From Eledone cirrhosa (lineage: Eukaryota), in contig OZ024746.1 in the NCBI GenBank assembly GCA_964016885.1, forward strand, positions 7,006,001-7,070,000: a DNA stretch of 64,000 nt. The letters run 5' to 3'. Below the pieces are notes generated by a model, which saw only the letters and a program-made list of their open reading frames with translations, ran no database searches and had not been told where the DNA came from. Made by a program: the position numbers and the translations under genes. Below are positions 40,901-53,756 of this stretch, one piece after another (the first letter of the stretch is position 1; each line of letters opens with the position of its first letter).

Positions 40901-43900
40901 AAAACTTCCCAGTTCTACACTGTAAATGTGGTTGGTGTTAGGAAGGCATCCAGCCGTAGAAAACTTGCCAGATAGTCCTATATGAGCGAGACACGGTCAC
41001 CCGACCAACCTTGCCTCAAGTGGGACAACTCCCGTCTAACCCATGCTAGCGAGGAAGATGGACGTTAAATGAAGATGATGATGATGATGTATGTGTATTT
41101 TTTCCTTTAAGCACTCAAGGATTTATATTCTTATCAAGTATTTTCGACATGAAGAGAGCTGTAGAGAAATTTGACAAATCAATATACAAAGATCATGTTC
41201 TGCTTGTCACATCATCTTGTGTTGGCGTTTTAATCAGGAATAACTCACAAAATACTTCAGAATCTATTGAGAATGTTCAAGGTAATGATATTTAAATAAT
41301 TAAACTGTTCTAAATAAGAGTAAAAATCTTTAACCCTTTAACCCAGCCAAAACCAGCTCTGGTGCTATGAAATAAAACCACCCATTTTAACCCTTTAGTT
41401 ACCAACCCAGCCAAAACCAGCTCTGGCTCTATGAAATAAAACCACTCAGTTTAACCCTTTAGTTACCAACCCAGCCAAAACCAGCTCTGATTCTATGAAA
41501 TAAAACCACCCATTTTAACCCTTTAGTTACCAACCCAGCCAAAACCAGCTCTGATTCTATGAAATAAAACCACCCATTTTAACCCTTTAGTTACCAACCC
41601 AGCCAAAACCAGCTCTGGTGCTATAAAATGAAACCACCCATTTTAAAGGTTTCCATTTTAAATTAAAATCTTCCAACATAATTTTATATAAGAACCTTAC
41701 ATTAAGTTACTATCTTAGTAATGAAATAATTGATAATTTTAGTAAATCCCTCAAAATTCTTCATTAATTAATCAAAATAGAGTGTATTTTATTAGAAATG
41801 TGGTCATGAAAGGTTAAGAGTCTTTTGATAAATCAAATAAAAATAATTTCACCTTTGATTCGTGTATAAATTCCTTCTACCAGAAATTAAATTTAATCAA
41901 ATTTTTTAAGTGAAAATATTTGGATAGATTTATGGTCAAGTACAAGAAACATTTTCATTCTTGTAGTTTAATTTAACATATATAATATCCTTAAAAAGAC
42001 AGCAAATTGGAAGAGTTATTAGAATGTCAGATATAATGCTCTCCGGAACTCTTTTCAGCTCTCTGAACTCCGAGTTCAAATCTCAATAAGGTCCACTTTG
42101 CCTTTCATCCTTTCGAGGTCGATAAAAGCTAACATTATTTCAAATTATATTAACCCTTTCATTAATGAAAGACACTACTTATAATTTCCAAATAATTTTG
42201 AAAATAATCAAGAATTATAATAATATAACTAACTTTCTCATTATTAAGTTGGTATTTAGAATATAACATAACAAAATATTATGATGGATGATTTTTAAAA
42301 TAAATATATACACTTTAAAATAAGTAGCTATGTATCATAGATCCAGGAACATTTCAAGTTTGATATTGCCTACATATTCCTGAGAGGGTCCTGGGGGCAG
42401 GGTCCTCAAACACTTCTTCCAGCGAATCCTGTCAGAAGCAACCATCTCCATCTGATCTGGCTGGAATCCCCAAGCAAGACCAAACAAGCTCATGGATGTT
42501 ATCCAACCATCTTGCTTGGGATCTACTGCTGATTGGTTTTGCTTGTAAAATCTGTCTTGTGATTCTTTCCAGAGACATTCTAACCACATGCCCATAGTAT
42601 TGGGGTTGTGATCTTTCAATTTGAAGAAGTTTGATATCAAAAGAGTTGAATAAATTTATAAATAATTGACATTTACAGCTTATTTTATTTAAATTTTGGA
42701 TTGTATCTTTCCAGGAGAGTCTATGCTAGATGATCTGGGTACCTCTATAAGTTTCCACAGAGAAATATCTCGTCTGATTTATATTTATAAAGAATGTTCC
42801 CTAGAATCTGAACTGTTGACTACAGAGATTGCTGTGTGTGTTACAAGAGTTATAAACCCACATTGTTTTTGGGCTCATGTAATTGGTGAAAAGGTAACAC
42901 TATTTCAAATATTCTTCTTTCAATCTTTGTGTGTCTATCTCATTCCTCCCAGATCAGGTCGCAGGCCCGTTGACAGTTTTTGTGGCATGAAATGGAGATT
43001 CTAACTATTATCTTCATAAGATTTACTGATTCTACCTATTGGAGATCAAAGCCATGACATTATGACCATAAAAGTAACTCTAACTTTTAGCCTGCATGTC
43101 TTCACTATTGGTAATTTTTTTGGTCCTTACTTGATGAAACATTGGTATTTCTTTCAGAATGAAAAATCGACAGAATTCATGACAATTCATAAATATTTAC
43201 AAAAGACAGCTTTTGGCTGGAAGAAGACAAAATCCATTGGGAGATGTGTTGCCATGTACTGTGGAAAATGGTTTCGGTAAATATAACTTGTCCTTATAAT
43301 TCTTCTAAATCAAAAGGTGATCTGACATTGTGTTTTATAGTAAAGTTTAAATCTATTTTATTAAACATTAGACATTTTGTAGTGGTGTGCAGGAGAGAGG
43401 TCTGCGTTGATACGGACATGTGATGTGCATGGGTGAAGAAATGCTAGTGAAAGAAGACCAAGAAAGACCTGGGCAGAGATTGTGAGAGCTGACCTCAAAT
43501 TGCTGAGAATCACAGAACAGAGAAGATGACAAAGGAATGCGATGAGTGGAGAGATGCCATGCTGAGAAAGACCTGCCCAACCCATGCAAGCATGGAAGAA
43601 TGGACGTAAAAACAATGATGATGATGATTGGGGATAAGAAAAGCCTCCAATGCTGGACAAAGTTTCCAAGCCATCTTGGAGTGCAGTATTTCTAAATAAG
43701 AACTGACTGAAACCATAAGTATCTGTCCAACCCATGCTAGCATGGAAAAAGTAGAAGTGAAATGAAGAGAATAATGAAATAATAATTTGAGACAACAGAC
43801 AGCAACAAGATTCTCAGCAACAACATTACAGATTACCCACAACTCTTTTATTTTCAAATTAGATTCTATAAACATATTTACTGCTTTTCTAAAACTATTT

Positions 43901-46900
43901 CATCTCCACTGGATAATTGGTCAGTCACTTAACGCTGTCAGGGCTGGGTTACTAATTTCAGTTAGTACTATTGGTCACTACTATCAGAGCTAGGCTACTA
44001 ATGTCCTATATTAGTCACTACTATCAGGTTACTAATGACCTATATTGGTCACTACTATCAGAGCTAGGTTACTAATGTCCTATATTAGTCACTACTATCA
44101 GGTTACTAATGTCCTATATTGGTCACTACTATCAGAGCTAGGTTACTAATGTCCTATATTAGTCACTACTATCAGAGCTAGGTTACTAATGTCCTATATT
44201 AGTCACTACTATCAGAGCTAGGCTACTAATGTCCTATATTGGTCACTACTATCAGAGCTAGGTTACTAATGTCCTATATTAGTCACTACTATCAGAGCTA
44301 GGCTACTAATGTCCTATATTAGTCACTACTATCAGGTTACTAATGTCCTATATTAGTCACTACTATCAGGTTACTAATGTCCTATATTAGTCACTACTAT
44401 CAGAGCTAGGCTACTAATGTCCTATATTAGTCACTACTATCAGGTTACTAATGACCTATATTAGTCACTACTATCAGGTTACTAATGTCCTATATTAGTC
44501 ACTACTATCAGGTTACTAATGTCCTATATTAGTCACTACTATCAGAGCTAGGCTACTAATGTCCTATATTAGTCACTACTATCAGGTTACTAATGTCCTA
44601 TATTAGTCACTACTATCAGGTTACTAATGTCCTATATTAGTCACTACTATCAGGTTACTAATGTCCTATATTAGTCACTACTATCAGGTTACTAATGTCC
44701 TATATTGGTCACTACTATCAGAGCTAGGTTACTAATGTCCTATATTAGTTACCTCTATCAGAGCTAGGCTACTAATGTCTTATTTTAGTCACTACTATCA
44801 GAGCTAGGCTACTAATGTCCTATTTTAGTCACTACTATCAGGTTACTAATGTCCTATATTAGTTATTACTATCAGAGCTAGGATACTGTCCTATTTTAGT
44901 CAGTCACTTAATTTAAACTTCACTAATTCAACATTAAAACTATAAATTCAAATTTAACTTTACTTTTTGTGTTTTTATTCCAGGGGTTATATTTTGAATT
45001 TTATTTCTCAAGAATTTGCTGAAGTATTCTTAATTGATGTTGGAAACATTGCTAATATTAATATTCAGCTCATTAGGTTATCACCAGACAGTATTTGGAA
45101 ACTTTCTCCAATGGCTAGACCCTTCAAAATACCAAGTAAGTTTCTACACTACTACTACTAACAACAACAATAATAATAAGGATTTCTAGTATAGGCAAAA
45201 GGCCAGCAATTTGGGGGAGGGGAAAGTCGATTAAATCAACCCCAGTACGTTACTGGTGCTTTATTTTATCGACCCCGTAAGGATGAAAGGCAAAGTTAAC
45301 CTCAACAGGATTTTAACATAGAATGTAAAGGACCATAACTCCATGCTACAAAGCATGGTGTCTGACGCTCTCCTGATTTTGCCAATCCACCACCTTTATA
45401 ATAAAAAAGGGGAAGAAAGTTAATGTTTTATTTTTAAATGTATCATGTCAAAAGTTAGGGTTCATGAGTGTCTGTTAAGCCCTAATACTATATTGCTAAA
45501 GTAACTTTCTATCGTCCGCCCCCTCTTTTATTTCAGTTCATTTTATTCCTCTACTTTCTCAAATTCTTACCTTGGCACTTTTACCTAACACATTGTTCAG
45601 CTTCCAAATAACTGCATTTCCTAGTTGCATTTGTTACAATATTCTGTCTTATTTCAGATGGTTTCAATGAACTCCCTGAAAATGCTACCCACCAACATTT
45701 ATCATTAGTTATCCTTAAACTAGAAACAGCAAGTTCTGTGAGTATTTGACCGAATGATTTTTCTATAGCATATCATCATCATCATCAGTTTTACGATAAT
45801 GTTTATTTATATTGGGAAATTTAACATATTTTTTTCCTTTCTTATAATCATTTATAAAGTGAACTAGATGCATTTTATCATGCCACCAGTACTAGAAAGG
45901 CTCCTTGTCAAAATGTTAGTGTCCCCTTTAAACTTTATCAGTTTTTATTCAGATTCATTACTCTCTGTGTTGCCTCCACTATTTCTTACGAACTTCATGT
46001 TTCTTCCCTGCAAGTATGTAATTGTTGTTACTGCTCTCCTAGATGGGTTGTCTCCACTAAAGCTTTTGGAGTCTACGTTCAGCCACACACCATGGATAAT
46101 GATAACGATTAGCATTCACATTACTCTATATATACTATTGTATTTTCACAGTAAAGGCTTTACCTCACATAATATCTCATATAACATTTACATTACTCTA
46201 TATATACTACTATATTTTCATAGTAAAGGCTTTACCTCACATAACATTTACATTACTCTATATATACTATTGTATTTTCACGGTAAAGGCTTTACCTCAC
46301 ATAATTATCTTATAATATCGAATCTACAAGATTTTGATATTATTTATTTTGAGAACAATACCTTAACATCAGTATAAGTGGCCAGTTACAGCCGGTTTGA
46401 ACAGAAAGAGGTGAGAGAATTCTGGCCAGTTACAGCTGGTTTAAATGCTAAGGGTTACTATGGGCATGTAGTTAGAATGTCTAAGGAAAGAATCACTGGA
46501 CAGATTTTACAAGCAAAACCAACAGCAGGAGACCCAGGAGTAGACCTTGAGCAAGATGGTTGGATAACATTCAGAAGATTGATTGGTCTCACTTGGAGAT
46601 CCAGTCGGATCTGTTGGAGAAGGTTGCTTCTGACAAAACCCGCTGGAAGGAGTGTTTCCTTTAGTAAGATGCTAGATAAATATTCTGCAATATTTCACAT
46701 TGATAAACTCCAGAGAAAGCAGTCGTTAAACCACAATCATGATATAAAGAAGTTATAAACTAGTTAACAGGTTTTCAACTATAATGTACCAGTGGAAGAC
46801 TTTTACTAAAATACACTAATTTCTTTAATATTATATATAAGGACCACACAAAAGCTTTGTTAAAGTATAGGACTATGACTAGTCAAAAGAAATTAATATA

Positions 46901-47173
46901 TATGGGAATAGAAGATTCACTGCAACATTGACTAAACAATATAGTCTAATAATGGGGCATATAAACCCAATCTTTTACCATTCAGTTGGTTCATATGCCC
47001 CATTATTAGACTATATTATTTAACCAATGTTACAGTGAAGTTTCTATTTTAATTCAAAACTTCACTCACTGTCTTCCAAACATATTTCTTTAATATATAT
47101 ATATATATGTTATCTTTTTCAGGGTTATATCACATTAGTGAAAATTAAAGATGATTCTACAAAGATTCCATAA
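28886..47173 (+). CDS. RRM-RRM-extended Tudor protein (TDRD10-like), about 510 aa, 13 exons
   Basis: Exons: 28886-28918, 29246-29384, 30581-30624, 33636-33706, 35484-35614, 36455-36741, 37251-37327, 41112-41281, 42715-42893, 43158-43276, 44984-45135, 45658-45737, 47123-47173. They join in frame (1533 nt incl. TAA). RNP2/RNP1 motifs are VYIGNI...KCFAFIEV and LFIGNF...TQGFIFL. Tudor motifs are VTRVINPHCFWAHV, CVAMYCGKWFRG, EVFLIDVGN. The start codon is uncertain (28886 or 29336). Confidence 0.85.
29246..29384 (+). CDS. RRM-Tudor gene exon (alternative ATG at 29336)
   Basis: tttag| open frame ...MTSGRNTQHFDFPKNS g|gtgagt, phase 1. Confidence 0.65.
29417..29628 (-). mobile_element. Second RTE-like LINE family, 3' fragments; other copies at about 22090-22180 (+), 22806-22995, 34297-34560, 36752-37040, 42370-42625 (-), 46455-46660 (+)
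   Basis: shared ...[10 protein letters not shown]...[20 protein letters not shown]-terminus and (GAA/GGA)n tail. Confidence 0.8.
30581..30624 (+). CDS. RRM-Tudor gene exon, RRM1 RNP2
   Basis: NIVYIGNIDIHSTE with ctttcag and gtaaat. Confidence 0.85.
31003..32468 (-). mobile_element. RTE LINE 5'-truncated copy (subfamily A), degraded
   Basis: reverse complement of about 19160-20650 with small deletions. Confidence 0.92.
32484..33120 (+). mobile_element. RTE LINE 3' fragment (subfamily B)
   Basis: near-identical to 40441-41089. Confidence 0.9.
33138..33485. mobile_element. Possible pogo/Tigger-type MITE
   Basis: TA-flanked, degenerate ends (..AGTGTACCCC / GGGGAGAACTG|TA), repeated TATTCGCGG-like subterminal motifs. 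Confidence 0.4.
33636..33706 (+). CDS. RRM-Tudor gene exon, RRM1 helix
   Basis: EEFREFFKGINILKCKIWTRFRK. Confidence 0.8.
34512..35447. repeat. Minisatellite, 70 bp x about 13, LINE-derived
   Basis: TTCTTTCCTGAGATATTCTAACGACATGCCCGTAGTATCAGAGCTGTGATCTATCAAATCCATCCAGTGG. Confidence 0.95.
35484..35614 (+). CDS. RRM-Tudor gene exon, RRM1 RNP1
   Basis: FAFIEVGSKSEADNLFHTYNGQMFKTRKLILRLVS. Confidence 0.9.
36455..36741 (+). CDS. RRM-Tudor gene exon, linker and RRM2 RNP2
   Basis: basic linker ...ENGFRLFIGNFPYGTSE|gtaaat. Confidence 0.88.
37251..37327 (+). CDS. RRM-Tudor gene exon, RRM2
   Basis: NDLMELFHPVNPLFAVIKNNGDKKF. Confidence 0.85.
37344..37562. mobile_element. piggyBac-type MITE family 1; other copies at 8281-8492, 28191-28367, about 46107-46454
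   Basis: TTAA|CCCTTTAGCATTTA ... TAAATGCTAAAGGG|TTAA. Confidence 0.8.
37774..37860 (-). ncRNA. Type I hammerhead ribozyme motif
   Basis: gtgt-CTGATGA-act...agt-GAAAC-atgc-GTC-acac: 4-bp stem I, long stem II, 2-bp stem III, GUC cleavage site. Confidence 0.7.
38000..38350 (-). mobile_element. tRNA-derived CORE-like SINE with RTE 3' tail; related copies at 56118-56385 (+), 27088-27260 (+), 23755-24042 (-), 47630-47740 (+)
   Basis: tRNA head with TGGCTTAGTGG and GAGTTCAATTC; CORE-like GTTTCCTTGAGCAAGACACTT; 3' part shared with the RTE 3' ends in this window. Confidence 0.8.
38481..41089 (+). mobile_element. RTE LINE 5'-truncated copy (subfamily B) with a premature stop and frameshift
   Basis: ORF pieces 38467-39405 and 39557-40702 (TWWWN linker, RT, PHD, thumb); (GAT)n tail. 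Confidence 0.94.
41112..41281 (+). CDS. RRM-Tudor gene exon, RRM2 RNP1
   Basis: TQGFIFLSSIFDMKRAVEKFDKSIYKDHVLLVT... Confidence 0.85.
41334..41813. mobile_element. piggyBac-type MITE family 2 with tandemly amplified left end (about 64 bp x5); second copy 50669-50962
   Basis: TTAA|CCCTTT... and ...AAAGG|TTAA termini; shared body between copies. Confidence 0.7.
42715..42893 (+). CDS. RRM-Tudor gene exon, eTudor N-terminal strands
   Basis: ...IAVCVTRVINPHCFWAHVIGEK. Confidence 0.88.
43158..43276 (+). CDS. RRM-Tudor gene exon, Tudor core
   Basis: NEKSTEFMTIHKYLQK...GRCVAMYCGKWFR. Confidence 0.88.
43372..43627 (+). mobile_element. Degraded RTE LINE 3' fragment
   Basis: decayed VQERxLRxYGHV thumb motif and RTE-type tail with (GAT)n. 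Confidence 0.75.
43945..44905. repeat. Minisatellite, 34/40 bp
   Basis: GGTTACTAATGTCCTATATTAGTCACTACTATCA(GAGCTA). Confidence 0.95.
44984..45135 (+). CDS. RRM-Tudor gene exon, Tudor core
   Basis: GYILNFISQEFAEVFLIDVGNIANINIQLIRLSPDSIWKLSPMARPFKIP. Confidence 0.9.
45658..45737 (+). CDS. RRM-Tudor gene exon
   Basis: atttcag|GFNELPENATHQHLSLVILKLETASS|gtgagt, phase consistent. Confidence 0.75.
46907..47048. repeat. Imperfect 61-bp-arm inverted repeat in the last intron of the RRM-Tudor gene
   Basis: 46907-46967 is the reverse complement of 46988-47048. Confidence 0.75.
47123..47173 (+). CDS. RRM-Tudor gene last coding exon
   Basis: ctttttcag|GYITLVKIKDDSTKIP*. Confidence 0.7.
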   Translation, partial: GYITLVKIKDDSTKIP

Positions 47174-48454
47174 AGAACTAGATTCTTTTAAAGTATTTTA
47201 TTTTTGTACTAAAACCATTTTGTAATATATATATTTTAACTGGATTCAAAATACTTATTTTGTTCAGCTGTCCAGTAATAATCAGGTGTTTAAATAGCCT
47301 ACAAAAAGAAAAAGAAATCTCTACTTTTAATCTCTTCTCTACAATTAATTAATGATTTACTATGTTTAGTTATTTCACTGTTTGATTGATGTGATTGACA
47401 TAACAGTCCATCACTGAAATCAATTAAGTCAATATCAGTAATATATTGTTAAGAGCTGAAGAAACAACACTGATTGACTTAGCAATTCATCACACTGAGA
47501 CCAACAAAGTCAATACCAGTAATATATTGTGAAGAGCTGAAGAAACTATAACACTTCTCTTTTATTCATTTTTTTTTCATGCCTTCTTCCAAAAGGAAAT
47601 AAATCTGTATCATATCAGATTATTATATCACATATGGCCTAATTATTAGAGTGTTAGATTCACGATGATAATGTTGTGGGTTTGATTCCTGGACAGAGCA
47701 ATGTGGTGTTCTTGAACAAGACATTTCATTTAACACTGCTTTTCATGATAGAACTGGAACCCCCTATCATTAAAACACCCCAAAAGCCTCTTATGAGATA
47801 CAACCTCAAAAGTCAGTTAAACCTGTATAGGTATGAACCTTAGATTGCAGGGGTTTTTTTTTTCATTTCATATCACATATAACAATATGTTTCAAAGTTA
47901 TTAAATCTTAATCAAAAATAGTTAACAAAACACTGGAGATTAGTATCAAAACCCCAAGCAGTAGTCTTGGTGTATTTGTCTGTAAAAGTAATACAAGTGC
48001 AAGGAAGCTTCTGAAAAGACTAACAAATTAAATATATTTATCCAGATTAGATAATATTTTAATTTTCAAGAAGTAATATTTTTTATTGATTTACTAACTA
48101 ACAGTTTGACAGGAGCTGTCATACTGTTATTAGCTCACTAACGAATAAAAGTATGACAGTTCTGGTCAAATTCACATAAATCAAGCAAAATATTATGAAA
48201 CCAATACAGAAAAGTATTAAACTTGATGGGTAAAAATGTCAATAAAATTTGTGTGAAATCAAAGTATTGGTAATTTAAATGTGTGTATAAGTTTTGTACA
48301 GCTTTATAAATTGAAATTATATTTTAATGTAAGTGTTGGATTTTGATCAAAAGTATGAGAAGAAAGTTCACATCCAGAACTTTCAAATGATATATAATTG
48401 TCAACAGAAAAACTGTATTTTGAAATGAAAATGATCAAACAAAAAGTGAGTTTT

Positions 48455-48655
48455 TGTGTGCTTGTCATCCCTTTTTGGAGCTCTTCTGTGATCAAACTGT
48501 GCTTGTCATCCCTTTTTGGAGCTCTTCTGTGATCAAACTGTGCTTGTCACTCCTTTTTGGAGCTCTTCTATGATGAAACTGTGCTTGTCACCCCTTTTTG
48601 GAGCTCTTCTGTGGTTAAACTGTGCCTGTCAACCCTTTTTCGAGCTCTTCCGTGA
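48455..48655. repeat. Minisatellite, 41 bp x5
   Basis: TGTGCTTGTCATCCCTTTTTGGAGCTCTTCTGTGATCAAAC. Confidence 0.9.
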
Positions 48656-49188
48656 TACCTAATTATAGTTTCATTATAATTTATTTGTAATGTGACAATT
48701 CTCATTAGACTTACATTGATAAAAAAATCTTTCTTGACAATGATATTGTTTTGTTATTCTTATATGTTATTATAGGCTGTGAATTGGCAGAGTTAGAATG
48801 TCAGATAGAATGTTTTGTAGTATTCATTCCAGTTCTCTGCTCTCTCAATCCAAATCCTGCAGAGGTCAACTTTACCTTTCATCCATTCATGGTCGATAAA
48901 AAAGTACCAGTCATGTACCTGGTCGATTCTTCCTCTATATCTCTTTCTCACTCTATCTTTCTCTGGAAGAAATCTACTCTATTCAGATGTTGCGAGATGG
49001 GCTCCAGCAGGTTTTAAAAATGCCATGACACTATCAGGAGTTACAGCACCACATTATACAAATATAATACCAGTCTAGTACTGGGATCGATTCTTCCTCT
49101 ATATTGTCATGATAGATAGTAAGAAAAGTGAGAATTTATTGTAGTTGTGTTGTCACGGAAGTGTAACAAGAAATCTAGAATGAATTAG

Positions 49189-50080
49189 TTACACTGATCT
49201 ACCAGCTACACATACTTCTAACACTGATCTAGCAGCTACACACACTTCTGATAACACTGATCTACCAGCTACACACACTTCTGATAACACTGATCTACCA
49301 GCTACACACACTTCTGATAACACTGATCTACCAGCTACACACACTTCTAATAACACTGATCTACCAGCTACACACAGTTCTGATAACACTGATCTACCAG
49401 CTACACACACTTCTAATAACACTGATCTACCAGCTACACACACTTCTGATAACACTGATCTACCAGCTACACACACTTCTGATAACACTGATCTACCAGC
49501 TACACACACTTCTAATAACACTGATCTACCAGCTACACACACTTCTAATAACACTGATCTACCAGCTACACACACTTCTGATAACACTGATCTACCAGCT
49601 ACACACACTTCTGATAACACTGATCTACCAGCTACACACACTTCTAATAACACTGATCTACCAGCTACACACAGTTCTGATAACACTGATCTACCAGCTA
49701 CACACACTTCTGATAACACTGATCTACCAGCTACACACACTTCTAATAACACTGATCTACCAGCTACACACACTTCTGATAACACTGATCTACCAGCTAC
49801 ACACACTTCTGATAACACTGATCTACCAGCTACACACACTTCTAATAACACTGATCTACCAGCTACACACACTTCTGATAACACTGATCTACCAGCTACA
49901 CACACTTCTGATAACACTGATCTACCAGCTACACACACTTCTGATAACACTGATCTACCAGCTACACACACTTCTAATAACACTGATCTACCAGCTACAC
50001 ACACTTCTAATAACACTGATCTACCAGCTACATACACTTCTGATAACACTGATCTACCAGCTACACACACTTCTGATAAC
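49189..50080. repeat. Minisatellite, 33 bp x about 27
   Basis: ACTGATCTACCAGCTACACACACTTCTGATAAC. Confidence 0.95.
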
Positions 50081-52137
50081 CTTCAGTTACAGTGATACAT
50101 GTATGCAGTTTGGTATTTAAATTGGTGAGAACACGTTTTTTTCTTTCTTTTCTTTCGTTGTTTGACCAAAAAATGCAGTTTCGATCTGTTGTTATTGTTC
50201 CATCTGTAAATAAAATTATTCAACCTCATAAATGGAAATGCCTGAATTTACATAATTATCTCACCCAGAAAAAGATATTTAATGCTGCAAATCTAAAGTA
50301 TATTAACTAATTTTTACTTTTTCCTTTTATCAACTTTTGCAAGAGTGAAAGATTCCTCAAACTTATTTCAGATTAATTACCACATTGATCTAATATCTAG
50401 ATGCAATTTATTTGTCAGCCTATCTCGGAATTAAATTGAATCAATAGATCTTTTGTATCAGTTTCCATCAATGACTGTTCCAGTCTTTCATTCAACAAAA
50501 CTATCAGCTTATTGTACAAGTATAATAGTTCAAGTGGCTGAGTATTCCACACACATTTAATGTAATTTTCAAGCACAATGAGCAAGGAACTATGTGAAGA
50601 AACTTTTAAATTACATTTACCACCCACTCCACTGAATTCCACACTAGTTTGAAACAACTCAATTTTAACCCTTTAGTTACCAACCCAGCCAAAACCAGCT
50701 CTAGTTCTATGAAATAAAACCACTCATTTTAACCCTTTAGTTACCAACCCAGCCAAAACCAGCTCTGGTTCTATGAAATAAAATCACCTATTTTAAAGGT
50801 TTCCATTTCAAATTAAAATCTTCCAACATAATTTTATATAAGAATCCTACATTAAGTTACTATCTTACTAATGAAATAATTAATAATTTTAGTAAATCCC
50901 TCAAAATTCTTCATTAATTAATTAAAATAGTGTATTTCATTTGAAATACAGTCATGAAAGGGTTCACTGAGAGTGAATCTAGAACCCTGTGATTATTTTA
51001 AATAATTATTAAAACCTGTCTTTTCTCATTAGATTCATGGCAATATTTAGCAAACAACTAGTTGAAAATATTCCTCGAGTATCTTCACGAATATAACCCC
51101 ACACACACACACTTCTACCATTGATTTTTTTTTTTTGTGGGGGGGGGGGGGGGGGGGGGGTCACATTTTCCTTGGCTTTTATCAAACTATATTTTATGAC
51201 TGAGGATTGGGTAACAATCAAAGCCTTATGTAGAATTTGAAGTTGGTGAATTTTTGGTCACATATTCCTCGGCTTATAATCCAGTATATACAGTAAACAA
51301 AAGAGTAGTTAAAAAGATAATACACAGCTTGAATGAGATTAAGGTAATGAAGGCATGAAATATTTCACTAAGTTCTCGAATAAAGGGATAAGTACTGTTG
51401 CATTGTAATAAGTGACAGTAACTGTTAATTTGGATTCAATCACACGTTTCTGGAAAAAGGCATGAATATCACAACACACATTTTTAACCTAGTCTCCTCC
51501 TAAATATCTTAGACATCGTATTTACCTGAAGAGGGTAATGAGTGATGACTTCAGTGTCACAACAACCACAGTTGTGTCATACAAATGACTCCAGTGTCAC
51601 AGTAATGACTTCAGTGTCCCAACACTCACAGTAATGACTTCAGTGTCACAATAACCATAGTTACATATAGAAATACATAAACTACAATTTAGAGAATTAG
51701 AATCAGAAAACTCCATTTAAAAGCTAAAACTCTGAACCATAAATCACAGTAAATCCTTTACATCAGGCACTTCTCAGTTTATCAACCACCAAAATATAGG
51801 TACACATGTATGTATATATATATATATATAGAGATATATAAATATATATATATATAAATATATATATAGATATATATATATATAAATATAAATATATATA
51901 TAAATATATATATAGATATATATATATATAAATATAAATATATATATAAATATAAATATAGATATATATATATATATATAAATATATATATAAATATAAA
52001 TATAGATATATATATATATATATAAATATATATATAAATATAAATATATATATAAATATATATATAAATATATATATAAATATAAATATAAATATATATA
52101 TAAATATATATATAAATATAAATATATATATAAATAT

Positions 52138-52168
<31 letters not shown>

Positions 52169-52462
52169 AATATATATATAAATATAAATATATATATAAA
52201 TATAAATATAAATATATATATAAATATAAATATAAATATATATAAATATATATAAATATAAATATATATAAATATAAATATATATAAATATATATATAAA
52301 TATAAATATATATAAATATATATATAAATATAAATATAAATATATATATATAAATATATATATAAATATATATATATAAATATATATATATAAATATATA
52401 TATATAAATATATATATATAAATATATATATATAAATATATATATATAAATATATATATATA

Positions 52463-52494
<32 letters not shown>

Positions 52495-52578
52495 AATATA
52501 TATATATAAATATATAAATATATATATATAAATATATAAATATAAATATATAAATATAAATATAAATATATAAATATA

Positions 52579-52610
<32 letters not shown>

Positions 52611-52761
52611 AATATATATATAAATATATATATAAATATATATATATATAAATATATATATAAATATATATATAAATATATATATAAATATATATATAAA
52701 TATATATATAAATATATATATATAAATATATATATAAATATATATATAAATATATATATAA

Positions 52762-52826
<65 letters not shown>

Positions 52827-52895
52827 AATATATATATAAATATATATATAAATATATAAATATATATATAAATATATATATAAATATATATATAA

Positions 52896-52970
<75 letters not shown>

Positions 52971-53101
52971 AATATATATATATATATCTATATTAATAAA
53001 TATATATATATCTATATTAATAAATATATATATATCTATATTAATATATATATATATCTATATTAATATATATATAAATATATATATATCTATATTAATA
53101 T

Positions 53102-53146
<45 letters not shown>

Positions 53147-53340
53147 TATATATATATTAATATATATATAAATATATATATATATATTAATATATATATA
53201 TAAATAAATATATATATATTAATATATATATATAAATAAATATATATATATTAATATATATATATAAATAAATATATATATATATTAATATATATATATA
53301 AATAAATATATATAAATAAATATAAATAAATAATAAATAT

Positions 53341-53387
<47 letters not shown>

Positions 53388-53402
53388 TATATATATATAA
53401 AT

Positions 53403-53433
<31 letters not shown>

Positions 53434-53468
53434 AATATATATATATATAAGTATATATATATATAAAT

Positions 53469-53517
<49 letters not shown>

Positions 53518-53520
53518 AAT

Positions 53521-53665
<145 letters not shown>

Positions 53666-53672
53666 AATATAT

Positions 53673-53711
<39 letters not shown>

Positions 53712-53756
53712 AATATATATATATATAAATATAAATATATATAAATATATATATCA

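Noticed and set aside
49189-50070. 293-aa repetitive ORF (EVCVAGRSVLS)n
   Set aside because: It comes from a stop-free 33-bp minisatellite, with no splice or homology support.
50415-50657. 80-aa minus-strand ORF
   Set aside because: No recognisable domain and no convincing splice sites.
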